Source: Macrostomum lignano
Taxonomy: Eukaryota
Length of the DNA stretch: 64,000 nucleotides
Direction of reading: 5' to 3'
Assembly: GCA_002269645.1 (NCBI GenBank)
Contig: NIVC01002216.1
Location: forward strand, 124,001-188,000
The translations under genes and the position numbers were made by a program. Of this stretch, positions 24,901 to 35,833 are shown piece by piece. The notes below the pieces were generated by a model that saw only the letters and a list, made by a program, of their open reading frames with translations, was not told the origin of the DNA and did no database searches. Positions within the stretch are counted from its first letter, which is position 1; every line of letters starts with the position of its first letter.

Positions 24901-27900
24901 ATATTTATACTAGATTAAAAGACCCTTTTTCCAATTTTTAACACATTTCCCAAATTTAGTTCTAAAGCTTAGTCCCGTTTAAAATCATTTTGTAAATCTG
25001 CCTTTTTTGAAAATATTTTAAAAGAACAAGTCATGTAATAAGAATTACTAATGAAATAAGAAAATAAGGTTACTAGAATGAGTTAGAAATTGATTTTTAA
25101 AATGACCTTATCAAAAATGGCAAAGTCACTGATTGATCAAGCCATTCATTACCTTAATTATCATTTAAAATTTTTTCTCACTAAGCATATGCAATTCAAA
25201 AAAGATCTAGGCTGCATATTGGTACTTGTTTGAATGTCCTATACAGCATGAAAAATTAACTTGAATTTGTTGGACACAGCTTCTAAGATGGTAGGGCATC
25301 CCAACCTAAACTTAGTAATACCTTTACTTGAAATTGCCTCTATTGAATCATGTCCCTAAGAGCCAAAATGCAATTTCAGCCAAGTTTTAGGCTCATACCA
25401 TGACTTTTAATCTTTGTAAGCTTTTTTTCAGTTTTGAGTTGTCATACAATGTTTGTAACTGCTTAGGTTTGTCACCTATTATCTGAGTAGCATTTCTTTT
25501 ATATGACAAGAAGCTACAAGAGTGCCATTTCCGTATCTACTCTGTCAGTTGCATGCATTCAAGGATATTCAATTCTGAATTCAGAAGCAATATTTGATTA
25601 GATTTGGACTATTAAAAATCAGACAGTAGATTAAAGAGCTTTGGTAAAGTGCCAAATTTTTAACAATATTCATCTAAGCTAGTTTTACAAAAGTGGCCTA
25701 ACAGTTTTCAGGAATATTAAATGCTGCAGTATTATCCAATTGTTGATAATAAGTTAGACTGCTAGGCGGGACATCAGGGCAGTGACCATGGCCCTCTTGG
25801 GTCATGGCTGCTTTGCCAGGCATTGTTACCTCCAGGGGAAATCTGCAGTGAGGAATGCCCATTTTGCCTCTCCGGTGTCGAGAATGCGGAGCACTTCATC
25901 TGTGAATACCCTGCCTTTACTCAGGACAGGCTCACCTACCTCGGCCCAAACCTAGACCTTTCCAACATTTTCAGGCCCGAGAATCTCTGCCAGCTTGTCT
26001 GCTACCTAAGAGCTACTGGGCAAGCAACAATCTACCTCCTGGACTCTCCGGAGGGGGGCCGCGCTGCGGACGCCGGTGCCACTGGAACTCCTTGCGCGAC
26101 ATCGCAGCAATAGCTGCCTGTGGTCGCCAGGGGTTAGCAAAATGGGCGGCAATGCCTCCTTGCTGTTTCTGGATGCACGGAGCCCCCTGCAGCTAAGTCA
26201 AGTAGACTGCTAGGCTCTAGAGGCCAAGGAACAATTTACTCTTTAACTTTCTAGAATTATTGCACTGAAACTGGCTGGCAATACCTTAGAAGCATGCAAA
26301 GATAAGCTATATGACTTCTTCACTAGTATCATGAACTTGCCACCACTGACATTACTATCAGCAATAATGCTACTATTGCAAGATGATTTCAACAATTAGT
26401 CAGTAACTAGCACCAACATAGTGCAGTTTGCTTGCATTGCACTAGGTGGCTGCACCATTAGTCTAGACAAGGTGCCTTTTAAGATGCTGAAAATCCCAAG
26501 AGTCAATATCCTTACTAAAGGGACTATACCCTATAAATGGATAATAGTACACATCATGATAATCTTAAAGAAGCTGGGCATTGCATGGAAAGAAAAACAT
26601 TAACAACTTTCTCATTTCCTATCTTCTAGCATATTTCAAGGTGTCATACTAGCACCTTTTCTATTCATATTAGTACTAGAACAGGTGCTAGTACTAGACT
26701 GGCTTACCTGAGCTATATACTAGCAATGACTTCTTACTTAAGGTACTATCCAAGCCAATAACACCTGGAGAAGTATCTCTATGTACTCAGCTATATAGAC
26801 ACACTTATATTGCTATCTTCAAGTTGAAGGTGCTCAATGACTACTAGATAGCTTGACTAAAGTGGTAATAAGGGTCAGTCTCATACTGATTGCACAAAAG
26901 ATTGGAGTCTATCATGCTAATAGACCTAACTGCTTTAAGGACATGACCCTACTTCTATGTTGCCAACATTTTATATACTTTGGTAGAGACTTGCTAGCCA
27001 TTGCTAGCAATATAAAAAGATGTAAAGTAGCTTATGCTATCTTATGCTCAGTTTTGTATTATGAAAATGTTGCCTTGAAAAGGGTCATTTACTAATTAAT
27101 AAGTTTTGATCAACTGTGTAATTTTCTAACTACTTTTAGGAAGAATAATACTATATTTATAAATAAATATATACAGAATAATTATATAAGTAAAAGGCTA
27201 TTGGTAATAATTTGTTTACCTTCATGTCAGAGGAAAGTTTTTGTTTAAAAAGCATACATGCGCAACTTTGTGAATCACCTGGTCATTTCTATTGGCAACA
27301 CATACATGTAAGTCACTATTGGCTGAGAGTAGTCACATGACTACTATTCCATCCAATAGCAACTTACATGAGTGTGTTGCCAATAGAAATAGCCAAGTGA
27401 ATCCCAAGGTTGTATCCAAGCATGCTAAAAAGTAATTTCTTTAAAAAAATTGAAATGAGTTTTTTCAATTGCACATTTCTCAAATAATTTCACAAATACA
27501 AAAAAGGATCTTTTATTGTCAAAATTTTAAAAAGGTCCTTTATTTTTTAATAGCAAAAAAGAAGACATTTTTCTAGTATACCATGCTACACTATCCAAAC
27601 TATGGGACAGTTAGTCCATGGCAATGGTGTAAATTTCCTTGATCAATAAATAATTTGTAAGAAATTTTTACCAATTTTTATAACATGAAATTATTTAAAT
27701 TTTGGAAGTTTTTAATAATTATATAATAACCATATACTAATTATTAATTTTAATACAAACAAAAAAGATTGCTCAATGTTTAAATTCATTTCAATTTGGA
27801 TAAGAACAAAGCCATTGCAAGTGATTGATTCCAGGAGTAAAATGTAACAATGAAGTCATAACCACAGCTTTTTTAAGTTAGTTTTTGAGATATGAAAACC

Positions 27901-28508
27901 GTAAGACCAAGTGTTAATACATAGCACAAGGAATAAAATTGCTTCAGCACATACTATGCAAGTAAAAATATGAAGAATTTTTTTTCTGGCACACATGGTC
28001 TACCTTCCTGACTATTAAATATACAAAAGCCTAAGGCGAAGCAAAAAGCCTATTATACACAATAAGCAAAATATATTTTTATATAATTATGTCGTTATGA
28101 TATATTTTTTTAATAAATAAAAGATCCTAAACTAAAGCCAAGTGTTTGTACAGACATATAGTATAATTAATTTAAAAGATTTGCAATGAAAATCTAGATA
28201 AAATCAAATAAAGATTGTTAAAAAAGTATTTACAGATATGATTAGGCCTGAAATTAATAATTTGTCATGAAATTAATACTAGTACAACTGAATAATCAGC
28301 CAATAACTCACAAGTGAACTATCACTTTGCTTTCCAGCTGACTTCCACTCGAAGAGTCTCCGTCAGAATTAGATTCTCTATTGGTTTCAGCTTCTAAAGT
28401 TGAATTGTTTACAATGCTTGTAGTTGCACTAGGTCGGGAAACAGTATCATCGATATCTGTCTCTGACTCTGTGGGATGTACTACCTGACAACCAAATATG
28501 GCAAACAT
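21998..28508 (-). CDS. C17orf75: Njmu-R1 / C17orf75 homologue, 6 exons (28508-28312, 24806-24663, 24585-24484, 23749-23343, 23164-23020, 22208-21998)
   Basis: All junctions are GT-AG and phase-consistent. The C-terminus [55 protein letters not shown] matches the recalled human GNPFLFRQVLENFKLKAIQDTNNLKRFIRQAEMNHYALFKCYMFLKNCGSGDILL. Start codon tentative. Confidence 0.8.
22262..23010. repeat. 28-bp minisatellite (GGGCCAGCCTCCCAGATCCTCAGTTGCT)n in the last intron of the Njmu-R1 gene
   Basis: Tandem units with recurring shortened variants. Confidence 0.93.
23859..24460. repeat. 23-bp minisatellite (GGTGGGTCAGGACCTGTACAACT)n, intronic
   Basis: About 26 tandem units. Confidence 0.95.
25768..26202 (+). 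mobile_element. Short 3' fragment of the same RNase H non-LTR family
   Basis: Homologous to the 3' end of 18793-19949. Retains a C-terminal zinc-finger-like [12 protein letters not shown] segment. 13-bp TSD TAGACTGCTAGGC (25755-25767, 26203-26215). Confidence 0.9.
26250..27045 (+). mobile_element. Heavily decayed RTE-type LINE reverse transcriptase remnant
   Basis: Degenerate motifs [16 protein letters not shown] (cf. LQGDTLAPFLFIIVLD) at 26634-26681, and [18 protein letters not shown] near 26970-27040. Confidence 0.6.
27263..27412. repeat. 150-bp imperfect palindrome (MITE-like)
   Basis: ATTTCTATTGGCAACACATACATGTAAGT pairs with ACTTACATGAGTGTGTTGCCAATAGAAAT; centre AGTAGTCACATGACTACT. Confidence 0.85.
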
Positions 28509-28883
28509 GTTTTCAAAAGTGAGAGGTTTGGTAAGCTATTAAACAATTAAGTCACAATGATTCACTAAAGAAATTTACTAAGTCATTATCGATCCATTCA
28601 TAATCGCACATCTAAGAAACTCACTGCTCAAATTTTCTACTCCAAACTTCGCTAATTCGCCATGGATATCTTAGAAAGGTAACTTTTTTAAATTGAACAG
28701 ATTTTAAAGCCACAAATAAACAAAAGCTTCTATTTTTTGTTAAGCTGTTATCAAAAGCTTAAAATAAAACAAAGAACTTCAGCCTTTCGTAGTTTTAAGA
28801 TGACATAATAATGCCTTTAGACGTCCAAGGCATTTATAATGTTCAAGGACGACTTGGAGGAATTACACCACATGGTGTTATTA

Positions 28884-29247
28884 CTTTCATGTCGCTAGCC
28901 GCGTCATACCCCAGATGCGGTTGTAGTAAAATCTAATAGAATATGGTCTAAAAGTTATGCCCTAAAATATTTCAGCTCATTAAATCACACTGGCTTCATT
29001 TCCCAGGCATTTAAATTTTGGATAATAAACAAAAATTTAGGCTCTTAAATTTAGGCCCACCAGCCCTGCGCCAGCCCACTCAAACAAAAACTTAAATGCC
29101 TGGGAAATGAAGCCAGTGTGATTTAATGAGCTGAAATATTTAAGGGCATAACTTTTAGACCATATTCTATTAGATTTTACTACAACCGCATCTGGGGTAT
29201 GAGTTTAAAATTTTGACGCGGCTGAGACGCGGCTAGCGACATGAAAG
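28884..29247. mobile_element. Fold-back MITE with about 130-bp terminal inverted repeats and a TTA target duplication (PIF/Harbinger-type signature)
   Basis: Left arm 28884-29014 is the reverse complement of 29092-29247 (one substitution seen, plus a small insertion in the right arm). TTA lies at 28881-28883 and 29248-29250. Confidence 0.8.
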
Positions 29248-30390
29248 TTAGCTTTTGAAGATCGAAAAGCAAAAAAGATTTGATGTGGTTTTCTATTCTG
29301 TTAAGTCATAAAAATCAATGCGTACCTGTACATGTAGCACTGCGCAACGACCAAAATTTTAAGGTGCCAACTCCGAAAATTGTCGAAGCAGAAAAATGGA
29401 GCCGAAAATGCGCTTTACGGATACTTCACTGACCAAATAAAACATTGTGAGCATAACATTTTCCTATAAAAAGACGATTTTGCACGAACTTGTGCACTCC
29501 TACAGTTACACTAATTGACACCAAACCAAGGAGATCGACGAAGACGAATTGCATTCATAAAGAAGTTAAGCTTAGTGTCGGTGAATTTAATTATATTAAT
29601 CTTTACATGTACATACAGTATACAGTAAATTGTACAACAAGCTTAACGAATACCTTGTATACGATCAATTTGGAAGTATTTCAGTTAAAGATGTAACCAC
29701 ATTGAGTTGCTAATGGACTGAAACCTCAAAATAGCATCCAGCAAAAATAAAATTTGTCGTAAACAGTGCGGGTCGAATGATCTGCAGAAGACGATAATTC
29801 GTAATTCAAGTGGTCCTAGCTAGAATGCAGTCAGATGAAGCCATATCGTATGGATGGTATAAAGTGAGCCCGACGTCACAGCGCTGTGAGTATGTGGCGA
29901 TCAAAGTCTGATCAAAGACTTAGTTGTGAAACGCGGGTATAAAATGCTATAGTCACAAACCAAGATGCTACTTAAGTGCATTGTAGTTGTTTTATTATAC
30001 ATTTAAGCGGTATAAAAATCATTCTACTCTGACTAATACACCAGTCTGGCGTGTTCTAACATTCCCTGTATGCAGTGTACATATACAGTGGCTGTACACA
30101 TTGGTAGAGCAACTGTGACAATAAATTTTAGCATTCATCTCTGTGAGTCTTTTTGACAAATTGTAACCTGGAAAGAAATTTTCACAGCAGACAAATATTG
30201 CAGCTGAATTTTCTCTGGCGCAGCAGGTAAACGGATCTAAATTTCGTGAAATCCTACCTTACATGTGCACATACAAGACGAACCGGGTTCTCTAAAGTTG
30301 GACGCATCTGGTTCAGTTTTGCCAAATCAACAAAGAATTGCATTTATCTCCGCGCTAATTGCGCTTACCAATTCTTACTGGGAGCTTAGG

Positions 30391-31690
30391 CTGTTGTGAA
30401 AGGATGTCACTCACCTGGTTATGTACGATCATTTACCTGTTGTGAAAGGATGTCACTCACCTGGTTATGTACGATCATTTACCTGTTGTGAAAGGATGTC
30501 ACTCACCTGGTTATGTACGATCATTTACCTGTTGTGAAAGGATGTCATTCACCTGGTTATGTACGATCATTTACCTGTTGTGAAAGGATGTCACTCACCT
30601 GGTTTCTACGATCATTTACCTGTTGTGAAAGGATGTCACTCAACTGGTTATGTACGATAATTTACCTGTTGTGAAAGGATGTCATTCACCTGGTTATGTA
30701 CGATCATTTACCTGTTGTGAAAGGATGTCATTCATCTGGTTATGTACGATCATTTACCTGTTGTGAAAGGATGTCATTCACCTGGTTATGTACGATCATT
30801 TACCTGTTGTGAAAGGATGTCACTCAACTGGTTATGTACGATAATTTACCTGTTGTGAAAGGATGTCACTCAACTGGTTGTTTACGATCATTTACCTGTT
30901 GTGAAAGGTTGTCACTCAACTGGTTGTTTACGATCATTTACCTGTTGTGAAAGGATGTCACTCAACTGGTTATGTACGATAATTTACCTGTTGTGAAAGG
31001 ATGTCATTCACCTGGTTATGTACGATAATTTACCTGTTGTGAAAGGATGTCACTCAACTGGTTGTTTACGATCATTTACCTGTTGTGAAAGGTTGTCACT
31101 CAACTGGTTGTTTACGATCATTTACCTGTTGTGAAAGGATGTCACTCAACTGGTTATGTACGATAATTTACCTGTTGTGAAAGGATGTCATTCACCTGGT
31201 TATGTACGATAATTTACCTGTTGTGAAAGGATGTCATTCATCTGGTTATGTACGATCATTTACCTGTTGTGAAAGGTTGTCACTCAACTGGTTGTTTACG
31301 ATCATTTACCTGTTGTGAAAGGATGTCATTCACCTGGTTATGTACGATCATTTACCTGTTGTGAAAGGATGTCACTCACCTGGTTATGTACGATAATTTA
31401 CCTGTTGTGAAAGGATGTCATTCACCTGGTTATGTACGATCATTTACCTGTTGTGAAAGGATGTCACTCAACTGGTTATGTACGATCATTTACCTGTTGT
31501 GAAAGGATGTCACTCAACTGGTTATGTACGATCATTTACCTGTTGTGAAAGGATGTCACTCAACTGGTTATGTACGATCATTTACCTGTTGTGAAAGGAT
31601 GTCACTCAACTGGTTGTTTACGATCATTTACCTGTTGTGAAAGGATGTCACTCAACTGGTTGTTTACGATCATTTACCTGTTGTGAAAGG
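30391..31690. repeat. 46-bp satellite (CTGTTGTGAAAGGATGTCACTCACCTGGTTATGTACGATCATTTAC)n, about 28 copies
   Basis: Units at 30391, 30437 and so on; no spacers. Confidence 0.96.
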
Positions 31691-32984
31691 AAGCCGCTCA
31701 CGTGTTCAAGTCTGTGCCGATCCAGATAGTGGGTGCATATCCAGATAGGGGGTTATCAGATGGGTGCATATTTCAAGCCCGATAATCCGTCATGACAGAT
31801 CAAGGCCAGCAACACAGGCATAAAAAAGTGCCAAACAATTATTGCGGTGCGACCCTCGTTGCCACCCCATCCTAAAGAGGGCAACGCGAGAACGCCGCTC
31901 TGAAATTATTTGTACGAAGCGGACAGGTCGCAATCAGTCAACAGCCGGATGGAACGTCGACCTGCCTGCACGCCACGGTGAAAACGAATCACCGTGGCTT
32001 CGTGAAAACGTTAGACTTTTGTGCAAAAATCTCTAGTTGGAAGTTAGCTAATTATTGTACAGGTTAACACTATGCTGCTGCTAACTGAATATATGTAAAA
32101 ACAATTTACAGTGTCTTCGAAACTTTGCGTTGTAGTGCGACTTGAATAATTTCATAGTATGCTCATATTTTCGTTAGACGTCGAATACCGTTTGGGCTCT
32201 CTCTATTATACCCATTATCCCACTGCACTGCTACCTGTATTTATCTTTCCACGAGCGTACATAGAGTCTTTCGTTGCCGCTGACTTTTACCAGTTTGATA
32301 TATTCATCGGCTAGTCCACTCCCCAAGCTAACGGGACCACAGTACTAAGAGTAAAATGTAGTTTTGTGGAAAGCTTGCTTGCGAGCTGATTCGATCCTTG
32401 CCTAAAGAAGCAATGGAATGTGAGGTATCGAAGAATTTGTGATAGAACTGGATTTGGTCCCGGCTCGCACACAGTTGTAAAGGCACTAAATAGTTTAGAA
32501 CCATGCAGCCGCTGCTTTCTTCGTCTCTCTTTTCTGCTTCTAGGAGGATCATCGAGTGTGCAGGCTTTGAAATGAGGTAGCGCTAAATTTGGAAGGCCTC
32601 ACTGGAAATCTCAATTGGCACTCCTTAAATTTTCTCGAATCGGCAGTAACTACAGCACAGCCCAGTGTGGCTGACACAGCTAAACGTATGTAGTAGCGAC
32701 CCTGGTTTGCTAACGAACTGAAATGATTTAGCAGTTCTGCCTGTGCTGCCTCGGGGAGGGGGCGATGCTGAACAGCGTGCAGCTAGCATGGTGGCCAGAA
32801 CAAATTGGTAGAAACAAATGCAAGCTGCAGTATGTACCCCATGCTCTACTTCCTGTTTGCTGCAGACCATGGGAGAATTCCGTACCTGCTCTCGCTACCC
32901 CGTGTCTTTATGTGCTTTTTCAAAGGCAATTAAAGCCCATCTATTCATGACATGGGGGGTCAACTTCGGTATTGAATCAGCAGC

Positions 32985-33700
32985 CACCAATTCACGCCCT
33001 GCTCTACAACGCCGAGACGTGGACGCTGCCGGCTACGCTAGAGTGGCAGCTGGACTCGGCGCAATCAGGGCTGCTCCGTGCGGCCTTTCGAGCTGACGAG
33101 AGCGTCGGAACCGAGGTCCTGTACGATCGAGCCAAGCTGCAGCGCCCGTCCATCATCCTGCTCCGGCGGCGACTTCAACTGGCGGACAGAGGGCTACTGC
33201 CCCCAACCAGTTCAGGACGTCCCTGCTGGTCACCTTGCAGGGCCCGTTCAGGCGGGGTCAGGCCCGAACCCGTCCATACGTAGACTGCCAACAGCAGGCA
33301 TTCACAAACCAGATGCGTTCATAATGGTGCATGAAGACGTACGACAAGATTTCAGGACAGTTAAGATTGAGACGGTGATCGAGACCGTCCTGTTGTACAA
33401 AGCCGAGACCTGGACGCTGACGGACTCGCTCGAACAGCAGGTCGATGCATGCGCGCCACCCTGCAAGATCGGCTACGAGCATGTCATCAATGCGGCATTT
33501 TATGCTGCATCGGCCTATCGGCCTATCGAATTGTTGCGCCGTCGGCGACTCCAGCTGGCAGTCCACATCATCCGCGCCGAGTCCTACTGCCCGCAGCCGG
33601 TGCAGGAAGTGCTGACGCTTGCAGGCACCCTACCGACGGGGAGAAGCACTCACTCGGCGTGTTTCGTCGACTGCCTGCTGGCTGACGGACACTGCCGGCG
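32985..33700 (+). mobile_element. Two tandem degenerate RTE-clade LINE fragments (C-terminal part of ORF2)
   Basis: LLYNAETWTL...RRRLQLA..EGYCPQPVQDV and VLLYKAETWTLTDSLEQQVDA...RRRRLQLAVHIIRAESYCPQPVQEV, the typical post-RT region of RTE elements. Confidence 0.75.
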
Positions 33701-35833
33701 TTGCAGCCTACGTTCGTGGGCCCTGTTGATGCTGCCTTTTGCCGCTCATGACTCGCGTGACTGGCTGACAGCATATTTTGTTGTTTTTTGTACCAATTAA
33801 GTACGTACGCGCTATTTTATCTATGTGACTAGCTTATACCGAGTTCCTGAGATAGATTGTTGTGTGGTCTTTGTTACATATTATAAGGGTGTTTCGATGA
33901 TTTCTACTGATGCCTGAACTAATGCGCTGTATTAATCAGGAAAGGTGCCCTATTTTCTGCGTTGAAACTAGCTCGTACGTAGGCTCTCCTGGGTGTGGTA
34001 AGGGCAAAGGCGCGACGCGTCCCCTGGGATGGATACCCCAGGTAGCCAATTCGCTCAGTAAGCGTCCAAATTTAATCTTCTGATAAGGCAAATTTGGTCT
34101 TAACAAATTTTTCGTCTCCACGACAATGGTTCAGTTTTCTCTCCGCCCCCATATGGCTAGCTGCACGGAACTGAAACAGTTGGACTCAGGGATCGGATAG
34201 GGACGACTTAAATAGAATATTGTTATTCTTCTATTTGCGAACAGAAGGTGTAGGCTGGAACTGCACGACAGGCTGAGAGAGAAATGACAATGAGAATGAG
34301 AGCGAGAGCTAAATACGGTAGGCGGGGTTGGCCTAAAATCCCCAGCGCTGAGCGCCTTGACACGCATTGGCGCAGTTGTCTTGGAGCCGCCGAACAGAAA
34401 TTGGCAATGGCCTGCCAGACTGAGCGAGTCCAATTGACTGACACTCCGAGGCAGGTCCTGCTGACAACCGCTGCCAGCCCCGCCAATGCAAGCCTTCATG
34501 CAGCCAGCCAGCCATGAGTTTAGCTCCAAAGCTGCCTCCACCACATGTCAAGTGTCTATCATTCTTCATTCTGAGCGCTGTTTTCCAGCCCGGCCCCGCT
34601 TGCGGATACAGACGGTCAGACTATTGCCAGCTAAAATCATTTCTTTTCCCCAGAAAAGCACTGTCGGCTTAGCACTACTAATACTACTCGACAAAATGAA
34701 GGCATTAGTGTTACTCCCGGCCTCCTCGCCACTTGACCATGCGAATATCGCTAAATAATGTGCTAAAAGAGTAAGAACTGGAGATTGAGCAGGGAAAGTT
34801 TGAATGGATACGAAACTCCTCAAGAGAGAGGGAGACGAGAGCAGCTGATGTCTAGCTCGTACTTCTCTTCTGGGAGAGCAGGATTTGAGGAGTAATTTTA
34901 GCCGGGCTTCATGTTCATCATTCCGAGTAAACTTCGTTAACTCAGTCGGCGTCGGAGCTATGCGCGGCTCCCTCTCTTATATTCCTATCTTTTCTTCATC
35001 CACTTCACTAACCTCTCCTTCTCCCTTCGCACTCTCTCAGCCGCTGACCTCGTCCTGCAGGCGCTTCAGCGCACCCGATCGTGTCCCAAGCGTCTGAGGC
35101 GCGCTGGTAGAAACCCATCCCGAGGCGTGGGCATCAGGTTAAGCAAACGGTTCCAGGGTTGACACTGGGAGCTGTCGTTTTCCTTTCTGCCTCATCGCGT
35201 GCAAAGTTTGGTCCAACAGAGACAGAAAGTGAATGGCCAATGTCTCAAATTTTCAGTGAAGAGCTAGCGACTATCAAATAGCATTATGGACTCGTAGATT
35301 TCCCAACAAAGTACTAATGATACGAGGATATGACGGAACTCATAATCTACATGGATGTGATCCAACTGCGCAAATTAAATCTTAAGCGCCGGCTGCATAT
35401 ATTTTATAATTCCAGCGATGGGCGACCCCGGATGCAGCACCATCCATTTTACGCTCGTATTAGTTGATTAAAGCTAAAAGAGGGAACGTGTTGTATTCTT
35501 TGCAGGGTTGAAGTAATGAAATTTGATGAGGCAGATTAAACGTGCAGCATTAACAGAAGGAATCGAAAACAGATGCGGTGAAAACAAAGTTTTTAACAGA
35601 ACTTGAGCTGCATCGCACCAGCAAATTTGTCTCCAAACCAGAACTTTCGGGTTTAGCAAAAAATTTGAAGCAGATCGCTGTACTCGTACAGCATTGAGTA
35701 ATTTCTAGATTTTTGACACACACCCTTTCATAGAAATAGTCAAGGAAAATGTCGAAACTCAATGCAAGAATACTCATAAGTTGGCAAACAAAATCAGAAT
35801 GAGTTACAGTCTCTAGCTGCGACGGGACTGGGG

